From Thraustochytrium aureum (Eukaryota): DNA of 64,000 nt. The DNA lies in assembly GCA_012862495.1 (NCBI GenBank), contig BLSG01000322.1, positions 29,812-93,811 of the forward strand, in the 5' to 3' direction. This document shows, piece by piece, positions 1 to 11,042 of this stretch. Under the pieces are notes generated by a model, which had not been told where the DNA came from, did not search any database, and saw only the letters and a program-made list of their open reading frames with translations. Positions within the stretch are counted from its first letter, which is position 1. Every line of letters begins with the position of its first letter. A program made the position numbers and the translations under genes.

Positions 1-2365
1 CCCACCTGATCCCTGCTCGCACGCCGCCGCCAGGTCGGACGCCGGAGTCCGTACCGCCCGAGCCTTGACTGGGAAGGCGGGAGCAGAGCTGCGCAGAGCG
101 AGCTCCTGCGCTCTGCGGACGCCAGAGACACCCACGGGCCTGCAGAGGAGGAGCGCCGCTGCCCGTGCCAGCCGCCTCGGCCTGGCTGGGCTGGCTTGGC
201 GGCGCAACTTGCCACGCTCGCCGAAATCAGTTTCTGTGGTACTGACGGCAGCCTGCGCGCTGGCGGTGGCCCTCAAATGGAAGGGAGGGGCGGGGCCTTG
301 CACGCTCGCCCTCACATGAACGGTTGGCTGACTGTGGAGCGAGCTTCACGTTGTTGCATTCTTTCTTGTCGAGTGGGGTTGTCGCCCGAACCCGAACAAG
401 TCCAAGCCGCCGCAGGCTGAGGCTGGTGCAGAACGCGCTGCGCATCAGGCCAGCCGGCCTGAACACGCCGCCCAACGCAAGCAGACCCAGGAGGATCCCT
501 TCCTGCGCTGCGGCGGCGTCACGAACGAACGCCTCGTGCTTCAATGTCTTTCCTTCCTTCTTTCCTTCTTTCTTTCTTTCCGCGCCTCGCGCGCGAGGTG
601 GTGGATTGTACTCAAAGAAAGCTTTTTTTTAATAAATAATTTTCTCTCATGGCCTCGCACGCTTTGTGTACGGGATTGGTGGTTGTCAGGAGGTCCGTCG
701 CACGAACACGTTCGTTTCAACTGCGTTTCGGGGAAGCGGCAGAACGCATCGCGTTGCGGGCTTGTGAGGCAAAACCTGGGGCCGCTTTGGCAGTATCAGC
801 GAGTCGGTCCTCCTCTGTGAACTTGCTCCTCCTCTGCGTAACAGCCACGAAGCCAGGGGCACGTTTGTCAATTCTCAAAAAATGCATTTGCATCAATTGC
901 GTCGTGCCTCTTGTTGTGAATTTGGCGACGAGCCTCGGTCCCGAATTGGGTGGTCCCCCACTTCCCCGGATCCAACGTCCACTTGAGGTTGATGAGCCTG
1001 AACGGAGAGCGCGTCGGACGTTATGTACGATGAACCCAACGCGACGCCGCCCCGCCGATGATGAGCTCACGGTCGACACCTCCATTCTTTGACGGTTGTG
1101 AACTGCGACACCGTGAGGCGTGAAGGGCGAAAGATGTGGAAGGAGGATCCTTTCACTGCCTTCGCGGCTCGGACCGGAATGCAATCCAACCAGGCGGCCT
1201 TTTCGAGCACGTTGATGAGAGATCATGCCGACATGCGATCGCGGCCTTGCGACCGCGTTGGTGAGAGATCACGTCGACCTACGAGCGCGGCCTTTCGAAG
1301 TTCGACCGCGTTGATGAGATCGCGCAGAGCCCCTGCGTTGTGGCAACGCGATCCGTCTCGTCCTGAAGAAAGCGCTCTGAGTCCATCGGCTGGCATGAGC
1401 GAGTTGGGCAGATGGCGCGGAGCCGCGCCGCCGACGCTCGCAGGTTGCAGCCCTCCGAGCACGGGCATCTTTCTTGCTGCGAGCCCTCGCCGTTGTGCGT
1501 GCGTGCGTGCGTGCGGGCGGGCGGGCGGGCGGGCGGTCGCGCGGCTTCCTACAGTGCCAGAGTCCTGCTGATTGAGGCCTTGCGGAGCTGTGGCGCCCCT
1601 TTGGCGAGCGGCGAGCAGCATCCGGGCCTTCCGGAGGCTGAAGGCTCGGGCTTGTCGGCACGCGCGAGGTGGGGCGGCCCACTTTGGTGCTTGAGCGCAG
1701 GCTTGGCGGTCCGGCACGCACGGCAAGTCGCTCCGCGAGTTGCACCTTGCAAGCAGTCCTGCGCGAGGGCTGCGCGCCTTCGGGTCTCTCCCCACTGCAA
1801 CGGTCGACGAGCCATGCGCGCCAGCGCGCCAGCGCGTGGCGAGGCGCTGCGCTCGTTGCAACTCGCAGGCGGCGTCTGGCGGGCGGCGTGTTCGCTCGTC
1901 TCCCCACATCAGCCAAAAATCTCTGAGCCACACGCACCGATGCAGCGAGCAAGCACCTTGGCGGTGTCCCATGCAAGCACCCCCAGGCACGCAGGCGCGC
2001 AGGCAGACTGCAGTGGCGGCCGGCGAGCACGTTGTGCGTTGCGCGTCGCTCGCTGGGCGCTGGGCTGCGCCGGCCTCCGGCTTTCGCGCACCCTGGCGGA
2101 CGGTTGGGCTGGCCAGGTTGAGGTCGTCGTTGGCGACGACCAGCAGCAACGCCCGCCGTGACCCACCACCGCGCGAGGCACACCAGCCCAGCCGGGAGGC
2201 CCAGCGTGGACGACGGGAGAATCTCGGCAAGAGTCCCTCCTTGGCTGGGGCGGCACTTGCGAACCGGCAGCGAGGCGGACTCTGCGAGCCGCGATGGGCG
2301 ACAGCCCGAGAACAGTCAAGCGGGTGCGGACCTTGCCGAGGCTCCGCGCCGAGTCGCGCAGAGGA

Positions 2366-5300
2366 ATGCTCGTGCAAACCGTCTCCAGGGACCTCTTCGT
2401 CGAGCTGATGAAAGAGTCAATCAGCGGCCAGGTTGGCGCCGTGGAAAAGCTGCTAGGCCAAATGTCCGCCCGCGAGGCCGCGCAGCTCGACTTTCGGCGA
2501 AACAAACCTTCTTTCGGGGAGTCGCCACTCCACCGCGCAGCAACGCCCGAGGTGGCCAAGGCGCTGTTGAGGCACGGCGTCCCGGTCGACGTGCGTGGCT
2601 CGGTGGACCAAACGCCACTCCACACCGCACAGGACGTGGCCGTCGCCGAGCTCCTCCTCTCATCCGGCGCAGATGTGAACGCGCTGACCACCGACAGGTC
2701 GAGCCCGCTGCAGTGGGCCGTCGTGAGCGACAACTTTGACCTGGTCCGCTTGCTCGTTTCAGCAGGCGCGGACCTCAACCACCAAAACGAGAACGGCAAT
2801 ATGGTCATGCACATGGTTTCCTCGCTCCCAGTGGCCCGGTACCTGGTCCGCTACGGCGCCACGCTCGACCTCGCTAACGCGAACGGGCAAATCCCCCTCG
2901 AGGTAGCCGCGGCCAAGGGCGACCAGGAGACCCAGCTCCAAGTCGCCGCGTTCCTCCTGGACGCTTCCCACGACACCGCACTCGCCGGCAAGAGCAGGGC
3001 TCTGCTGCGCAGCCCGCACGCGGTCAGCGTAGATGTGGAAAACGGCGACGACATGGGCAGCAGCGCCGAGGCCGCGGCCCACGACGAAGACCGCGTCCTT
3101 GAGCACCAGTCCTCTCTGCAAGTGACCCGCACCGTGTTGCGCAAGTCGAACGCCAGAGACAGGTGGAAGTCAATCCGCAACCAAGTACTCACCGGCCGCG
3201 TCGGCGGCGACGACGGCGGCGAGGGCGGCCAGCCCAGAGGCAAGACCTCGGCGATCCACCACGCGGTGCGCCGCCTCCGCTTTGCATCCGACCTGGACCA
3301 AAGCGCAAGCGACGGCCTCGGCCGCACACACAGCTTCGCTAGCACCTGGAGCGACCAGGACGAAGAGGAAGACGAGACCAAGCGCGAGTTTTACTCGTCC
3401 TTCTTCGAGCTCATGGTGCGCGAGCGCCCCAAGCTGGCGCTGAAAATGCTCGACAAGCAGCGCGAGTTTCTCTTCGCCAGGGGCAACGACAAGGTCTACT
3501 CGTACGACACCGGCCTCATTGGCGGGCCCACAGACCCGAACGAGGCTTTGGCGATGATTGTGCGCGAGCAGCGCTACGAGCTCATCACTCACGAAATCGT
3601 GCAATGGGTCCTCAACGTGCGCTGGATTCTCTTCACTCGCGAGTGCCTCCTGTACGAGTTTTTCCTGCACGCCGTCTTTCTGATCTTTTTCACCATCACC
3701 ACCCTCTACGGCACGGAAAACCTCATCGAGTGCTTTGCACACGCGGGGGGCCGCCCTCATGGACCCCGCCGGTGCGACCAAGGAGCAATGGCACAACGCG
3801 ATGCAGGTTGCGCTCGAGATCTGCCTCGTGTACCTCAACATGCGCTTTCTCTTGCGTTTCTTCGTCGAGCGCGTGCAAACCAAAAACAGATCCGGGCTCT
3901 GGCACTCGTTGCGGGACGAACCGGCGGGTGCCTGGTTCGAGCTCTTGCCGCACATTTGCGTGCTCGTGCAGCAGGTCATGCGCGCCTCTTACGTCCAAGA
4001 CAACCCGGAGCGCGCGCACATCGCCAACGCCGTGGCTGCTGTCGGCGCCGTCAACCTGTGGGTGCTGCTGCTCAGCTTCGCAGAGGGGTTTGAGATCATC
4101 GGCGTCGCCATGTGCACCATCCGCCGCATGATCGCCGACATCCTCATCTACCTCCTCGTCCTCCTCGTCTTCGTGACAGGCTTCAGCCACGGCCTCACGC
4201 TCATCTACCGCGGAACAGACTTGTCGATCTACTCGAGCATGGCCAACTCGTGGATCACGATCTACTTCTTCATGTTCAACCTCGACGTGAGCGCCTTTAA
4301 CGAAGAGTCCTCCATGTACCGCAAGTACATCGGCTACGCCTTTGTGGCCGTCTACATGATCGTGGTCGCTCTCGTGGTGCTAAACCTCATCATCGCCATC
4401 ATGACAAACACCTTTGAGGAAATCCAGCAGAACGCCAAGGAGCAGTGGCTCATGCAGCGCGCCAGACTCATTCTGCGCTACGACGCCGTCGAGGCCGCGC
4501 TGAACCGAATCAGCGACGGCATGCGCCCCTCCTGTCTCTGGCGGCGCGGCAGCGCCACGGGGCGCCGCTCCAGCGCCGTCGAGGCCGACGGGCTTTGGCC
4601 GCCCGGCTCTCCAACGCACAGGCCGATGCCCGCCGCCGCAACGAGCTCGATGTCGCGCCTTCCGCCCCTGCCGCGAAAGAACATTGTCACCGAAACGTCC
4701 ACCGGCATCGTCCTCGTGCACGTTCCCAGCGAGTGGCTGCACGCCGTGAATGTGACGCGCCGAAAGGGGCGCCACTACCACCGCTTTCGCTACATGTGCT
4801 TCAAGCGCTGGAAAACCTTGCGCCGCTCGCCGTCCTTCCTCTGGCCCACGGGGCCAGAGACGCGCGCGTTTTTTCTGCGCAGCAAGGACGGCGAGCGGGC
4901 CGCCCAGGCTGCCGCCGACGACGACAACGCGTCCGCCAGCGTGGTCGACGACGACCTCGCCGCAATCGACATCGGCCGTCTCTCCGGCAGCAAGCAAACC
5001 GACTCTCTCCTTGCCGCAAGCGCTGGGTCAAACTTTGGGACGCTCTCGGACGATGCTAGGCGCCCAACCCCGTGCCGCGGGTCAGCGTCGACTCGAGCGC
5101 GAGCGCAGCGGCCACAGCTACAGTAAACGATATGCGCCGCTACGACTCGATCGAAAACGCTGCCATGCGGACAGGCACGGACGACGAGCTCTTCTACCTT
5201 GGTCGCTTCGCGCGTGACCCAAAGCGTATGGAGAATGAGCGCGAGACCCAGGTCGAACAGGCGATGCGCTTGCGCCTTGCACGGGTTTCAAGTGGCCAGA

Positions 5301-5657
5301 AGGGCGGCGCAGAGTCCCCCTCGAACATGGTGTTTCCCTCGCCGGGCGCACCAAAGACGAAAGGCTTGAAGGGCTTCAAGCGATACACGTCGCGCAGCGC
5401 GGACGCCGACCAAGAGGCCGACGCGGCCGCTGCACAGGCCGCCGTCACGGCCTCCACTGCGCCAGCTGGGGCGTATCGCTCCGTTGGGCACGAGAATGGT
5501 CTCGCCTTGCCCGCGCTGCCTGACGGGACATCCGACCGTGGCTTGGCACAATTTGCGGACCTGCTTTTGGCGAAAATGGATGCCTTGGAGAAAAACCAGT
5601 CGAAACTGCTTGCGCGAATCGACTCGCTTGTTGCTGCGCAAGCCGGGCCTGAAGGGG
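2366..5657 (+). CDS. Ankyrin-repeat TRP-family cation channel (frameshifted; 3' end runs into gap)
   Basis: N-terminal ankyrin repeats (GESPLHRA, DQTPLHTA, SSPLQWAV, GQIPLEVA). Six hydrophobic helices, with S6 'VVLNLIIAIMTNTFEEIQQNA' followed by TRP-box-like 'KEQWLMQRARLIL'. Joins ORFs 2294-4093, 3735-5126 and 5072-gap; the first shift is in the G6 run at 3745-3750. Start ATG 2366 chosen, 2294 possible. Confidence 0.85.
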
Positions 5658-6381
5658 NNNNNNNNNNNNNNNNNNNNNNNNNNNNNNNNNNNNNNNNNNN
5701 NNNNNNNNNNNNNNNNNNNNNNNNNNNNNNNNNNNNNNNNNNNNNNNNNNNNNNNNNNNNNNNNNNNNNNNNNNNNNNNNNNNNNNNNNNNNNNNNNNNN
5801 NNNNNNNNNNNNNNNNNNNNNNNNNNNNNNNNNNNNNNNNNNNNNNNNNNNNNNNNNNNNNNNNNNNNNNNNNNNNNNNNNNNNNNNNNNNNNNNNNNNN
5901 NNNNNNNNNNNNNNNNNNNNNNNNNNNNNNNNNNNNNNNNNNNNNNNNNNNNNNNNNNNNNNNNNNNNNNNNNNNNNNNNNNNNNNNNNNNNNNNNNNNN
6001 NNNNNNNNNNNNNNNNNNNNNNNNNNNNNNNNNNNNNNNNNNNNNNNNNNNNNNNNNNNNNNNNNNNNNNNNNNNNNNNNNNNNNNNNNNNNNNNNNNNN
6101 NNNNNNNNNNNNNNNNNNNNNNNNNNNNNNNNNNNGGGGGACTGCGCCCGAATGCACTGCGCCTGAAGCGGCTGCGTCAGACGGGTTCGTTTTCATAAAG
6201 AGTCAACGTTGGCCCTGCTCTTTTCACCGCTCGCGCTGCTGCTCGCTCCTCGGTTGTTCCAAAGCAGCAGGCCTGGGACCGCTTGACGAACCGCCGACGA
6301 AAGCGCAAGCGCGAGCTACGACAAGTCTCTCACATAACACAGGTCGGGTCATCATGAACCAATCCGCTTAGTTTTCCAACT

Positions 6382-7685
6382 TCAAACATCGATAGAGTCT
6401 CGCAGATTTTCGCTTGGGCCAAAAAGGCCCTTCAGCCGAAAGCTGTGCATGCCGACAACGACGGTTTTCTTCCCCATGGCGACTCTACTGGGCTCCTCCA
6501 GAGTTGCGTCGTCCTCCGTGGCGCGGCGCCCACGGCCGCTCAGAAATTGGCGGAAGACGAGCGCGCCAGAACCCAGCACGAGAACGCTGGCACCCACCAA
6601 GACCGGCACAACGGGAATCTCACTCCCGACAGTGGCCTGCCTCGGGGTGTCGTCGTCCTCGTTGCCTGAGGCAGAGCCGGTGCCTGCACCGCCCCCCCCC
6701 GCCGCTACCCGAGTCGCCATCGCCGCCGCTGCCGCCGCCAGTGCCGCCCCCTGTGCCCGCCTTGGGCGTTGGCGAAGGCGTGGGGGACCAAGTATTCGGC
6801 GGCGGCGTGGCACCGCAGGCGGTGTTTTGACGGACTTGGCCACATCGGCGATGAATGGAAACACCATCGCCACTCGCGTGGCAGCGGCGAGGTAATCGGG
6901 AGCTCCGCACCCGGCGCGCCCGCGCGTCACAACACCCACTATGGTGGGCAACCCGTTCATTTCGTAAAACACGGGCGCGCCCAGGTCGCCTGCACAGCTC
7001 GGGGGCCCGGTTTGCGCCGCGCCGCTCAGTTGCCCCGCGCACAGCAAGTTCGCGTTCCACTCGAAAGGGATTGCGGCTTCGCAAGTCTCGCGCGGCATGA
7101 CACTTCCAACAACGCGGCGCATTTGTCCAAGCTCCGGGCCAGGCAAAGCTGTCGCTGCCGCGTCGAAGGCCCAGCCAATGACGCTCACAGCCCGCCCCGG
7201 CTCCTCCAAGTTGCTTGGCCCTGGCAGGACATGGGCTGGCACGATCTCTGCGACAGGAAAGCGCGGACGTTCCAGCTCGACCAGCGCTAGGTCGTTGAGC
7301 AACCCGTTGTAGCCAGGAAGGGCCTTGGTGCTCTTGATCGTCTCCCAGTACGCGGTGGGCGACACGACAGCCCCGATATTGTACTGCCCGACCAGGACGT
7401 GGCTCGGCACTGTCTCCTGAAGCATGCAGCTCGCAGCCGTGAGGATATACTTGGCCTCGATCACCGCCCCAGTGCACAAGTGCTTGTGCCGCTCCACGCC
7501 CTCCACCACGACCGACGTGCCCAGCGACACGACCCACTTGTACTCTTCCCCGGCGGCGGGGCCCCAGCGAGCAAGTCTCGCGCCACGAGGTCACGGGCCT
7601 CCAATCCCCTGCCGCGCCAGCCTGCGTCGGGAGCGAGCCACGCAGTCGCAGCCGCCCAAACCAAAGTCCACCGCATCATCATCAT
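6382..7685 (-). CDS. Secreted/type-I membrane trypsin-like (S1) serine protease homolog, predicted inactive
   Basis: Signal-like N-terminus MRWTLVWAAATAWLA (separate frame, shift near 7550). S1 motifs LCTGAVI..YILTAASC, NDLALVEL, VIGW, LLCAG, SCAGDLGAP. Then a PT/G-rich linker and a C-terminal TM 'VVPVLVGASVLVLGSGALVF'. Confidence 0.85.
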
Positions 7686-7992
7686 CGTCGACCTCGCCAC
7701 TCGCCGCGTCTTGGGACTGATGATGACTCTGGCAGCTGTTGCCGCAGGAACCTGGTCTGCAGTAGAGTACACAATCCGAGCCAGCAAGCAACAATCGGAG
7801 GCGCAGGAGCTAGCTAGCTAGCTCTTTGCTCCCAGGAGGACCGGCCAAACGCGGGCGCACGCCCACGCCCGTTCCAGTCGAGGACTGGCGAAGCCATCAC
7901 GCCAGCCAGCATCCCCGCCCGCCAGCAGCAACTGGACAAGGAGGATGACGATGTCTGCGAGAGCCTTTCTTGGCAGCAGTGGCACGGCAACG

Positions 7993-8058
7993 CCTTGGCA
8001 CGAGGGCCTTGGCGCGAGGGCCTTGGCACCAGGGCCTTGGCATGAGGGCCTTGGCACG
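7993..8058. repeat. 14-bp minisatellite (GAGGGCCTTGGCAC-like), about 5 copies
   Basis: Directly visible tandem copies with minor variation; followed by (CAGA)n and a gap. Confidence 0.85.
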
Positions 8059-8574
8059 GCGAGACTTCGCCGGCAGACAACCTGCTCGACGACAGACAGA
8101 CAGACANNNNNNNNNNNNNNNNNNNNNNNNNNNNNNNNNNNNNNNNNNNNNNNNNNNNNNNNNNNNNNNNNNNNNNNNNNNNNNNNNNNNNNNNNNNNNN
8201 NNNNNNNNNNNNNNNNNNNNNNNNNNNNNNNNNNNNNNNNNNNNNNNNNNNNNNNNNNNNNNNNNNNNNNNNNNNNNNNNNNNNNNNNNNNNNNNNNNNN
8301 NNNNNNNNNNNNNNNNNNNNNNNNNNNNNNNNNNNNNNNNNNNNNNNNNNNNNNNNNNNNNNNNNNNNNNNNNNNNNNNNNNNNNNNNNNNNNNNNNNNN
8401 NNNNNNNNNNGAGGTTGGCGCAGGAGACCATAGCGTGCGAGCGCATTGCCGTGCGCTCGCTGTTGCGGCGTGCCGGGGTTGGTTTTCGGCGCAAGTCGCC
8501 AAGCTGGACCTGCGAACGACAGCGGCCTGGCCCGCCCCGGCGCTCGCCACGAGGACCAGGGCGCTGGCAAGGCG

Positions 8575-10827
8575 ATGGAGACGGAGCGGGAAGCGAACGA
8601 CACTCTGGCCCGATGGAAGCAACGGCATGGGGCAAGGCGCTTCGAGGAGCAAAGCATAAGAGGCCGCCGTGTCGAGTCGAGCTTTGAAGAAGTGGACGCA
8701 GAAGAGGATGCCGACCGGTACAGCGCGTGGAGCGGGCCGTCCAGCGCGGCAGGGTTTTACATGCAAGCGCAGCTTGTTGGTCACGGCCTGAGAGAGCCCT
8801 GGAGACCGAGGCCTGCGCTTGGCTCGCAGCTGCTTTCAAGACTGTCCGTGCGGCACAGCTCCAATGGCCTCCAAACGCACAAATTTGTTGACCTGGAAGC
8901 TTCCACGCGTAGCGCATTCGACAAACTCATTGACCGCGTGCAAGCTCGCGGTATGAACCTGCGCGTCACCATCGCCTGCCGCAACTTGAGCAGCACCGTT
9001 GACTGCGTCAACAGCGCGGGACACGCTGTAGAGCGCCCTCTGCTTCACCCGTTTAATGGCGTCATCCGCGCTGGCTCGCTCGTCGCCTTAATGGGCCCCG
9101 GCTCCGAGGTAAGTTTAGTTCTGTTTGCGTGCTCTTGTGCTGCGGATGCGCGTCGCGCTTTCTGACACGTCGCGAGCAAACCTCGACAGGGGCGCGCTGC
9201 CTTGCTCAACATCTTGGCAAATCGGTCGGTAACACCCTTTCGCGGCAGGGTCCTCGTGAACGGGCATGATCGGGACGCACGCCTCTTCCGTCGCATTTCA
9301 AGCTACATGCCGCGAGTCGAGTACCTGTGCGGGCTGGAGACGGTGTACGAAAGCGTGCGCTTCGTGGCCGTGATGAAGTCCAACACGTTACAAAGCCTCC
9401 GAGAAGACGCAGCGACCAATTCCTCTGACGTGGACCCCGTTCTGGCCATCCTCGCCGAGCTTGGCCTCGTCAAGGTCGCCGACGTCCCCATCGGCAACGA
9501 CCTCGTGCATGGCGTATCGGCGAGCCAAGCACGCCGCGCCGCCCTCGCAAGGGCTGTGGTGTCCATTCCTTCGCTTCTCTTTGCCGATGAACCCACCGAA
9601 GGGCTTTCGGCGCTCGAGGCCGATGTCATGCTTGAAATGATGAAGAAGATGACAACAAAGCTTGGCATCACCTGCGTCGTCTCCACAGGGCAGGCGCGGC
9701 CTGGTGACTTTGCTAAATTTGATCACCTGGTGCTGCTCGCCGGCGGCGGCCACGTCGTCTACAACGCGCCGGCCGCCGGCATCGCTGCCTACGTCGCTTC
9801 GATGGGGTTTGCTCCGCCGAGCGAGACGCACAGCGTGAGCGACTTTGTAGTCGAAGCGCTTCGTCGATCGCCAAAGGCCTTTCGCGAGCGGTACGCGGAG
9901 CGCGAAGCTGGGGTCGCACTGGAGGATGCGCGCAACGCCGCCGAGCGCGAAAAGGGCTTGAGCGAGGCCGGCATCATCGCCCAGTCCGGCCAACCAGTGC
10001 GACAGTACCACGCCGGGAAGCTGCGTCAAGCCGCCTTTGTGCTCGGACGCACCTTCAAGCTCCTTGGGCGCAATCCTAACGCTCTGACGGTCGCTATTGT
10101 GCACAAGCTCTTTGCCGGCGTCGCGCTCGGCGTTGTCTACTTTGGCGTTGCGATGCGGCCCGACCAAATTCCAGTGCAGCTCGGGTTTCTGCTCGTCTTG
10201 CTTCTCGCCGCCGCCGCAGGCGCAGTGCAGAACGTTGGCGATCATGCTGACGCGCGCTACACAATGGAAATGGAGGTGGCAGAGGCCCTCTTCTCCCCGC
10301 TGGCCTTCGTGTTGGCCCAATTCGCGCGTTGCCTCGTGCTCGCGTTCGTGGGCACCGCCGCGCTCGTCTTCACCGCCTATTACATGGCGGGCTTTAGCGG
10401 CCACGCGGGCCTCGTCTTGGGGCTCGAGGTCTTTCTGTTCATCGCCGCGCTCGACTCGATGGTTACGTTCATCGTCGCGCTTGCTGATGGCGTGCAGAAC
10501 GCCACGAGCTTTTCTGTCGTTGTGCTCTGCGTGCTGGGCCTCTTCAACGGGCTCACGGCCAACAGGACCAGCAGTCCGGACTTTATTTCGTTTCTTGCAT
10601 ACGTGTCCCCGTTCTTCTGGACCTTTGCAGCTTCCGTCAACCTCGTCTTTGAAGATGCCGACTTTTCCCAAACGACTGCGTTCGCAGACTACCAAGACCT
10701 GCTCGCCAACCTCGGGCTGCCCGCGCGCTTCGAGGCCACCACGCTTGGCATCAACTCCGCTATTGCAGTCTACTTTCGCGTGCTCCAGTACGCGGCGCTT
10801 CGAAGCAGGACGGCACCACGCAACTAA
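8575..10827 (+). CDS. ABCG-type half transporter (NBD-TMD), 2 exons, degenerate nucleotide-binding motifs
   Basis: Exon 1 ends 'GSLVALMGPGSE'; intron 9109-9189; exon 2 continues in frame 'GRAALLNILANR'. Also 'GRVLVNG', 'LLFADEPT' and an ABC2-type membrane domain with about 6 TM helices. Confidence 0.9.
9109..9189 (+). other. Spliceosomal intron (81 nt, phase 0) in the ABCG gene
   Basis: GTAAGT donor, CTGAC branch point near 9162, CAG acceptor; removal joins the two halves of the Walker A region in frame. Confidence 0.85.
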
Positions 10828-11042
10828 GCCTAAGGTCAACGCTGCCAGCTTGGAAGCGCCACTTGGATCAGGGATCGAGCGCCGGCGCCGCTGGCACGAC
10901 GGCCCGCCAGGCTCGGGCGGAAAGAAAGACCCTACCGGTATGGACACGTTTTTCAAAAACCTACCCTGCATCGACAGTCAACGAACGACCTTGGCTTTGA
11001 CAACGCTCCCAAGGGCCAAACAAAAACAACCTACTCTACCAT

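Noticed and set aside
1..2290. ORFs in the first 2.3 kb
   Set aside because: No recognisable motifs, Arg/Ala-rich composition typical of non-coding GC-rich DNA; cannot support a gene call.
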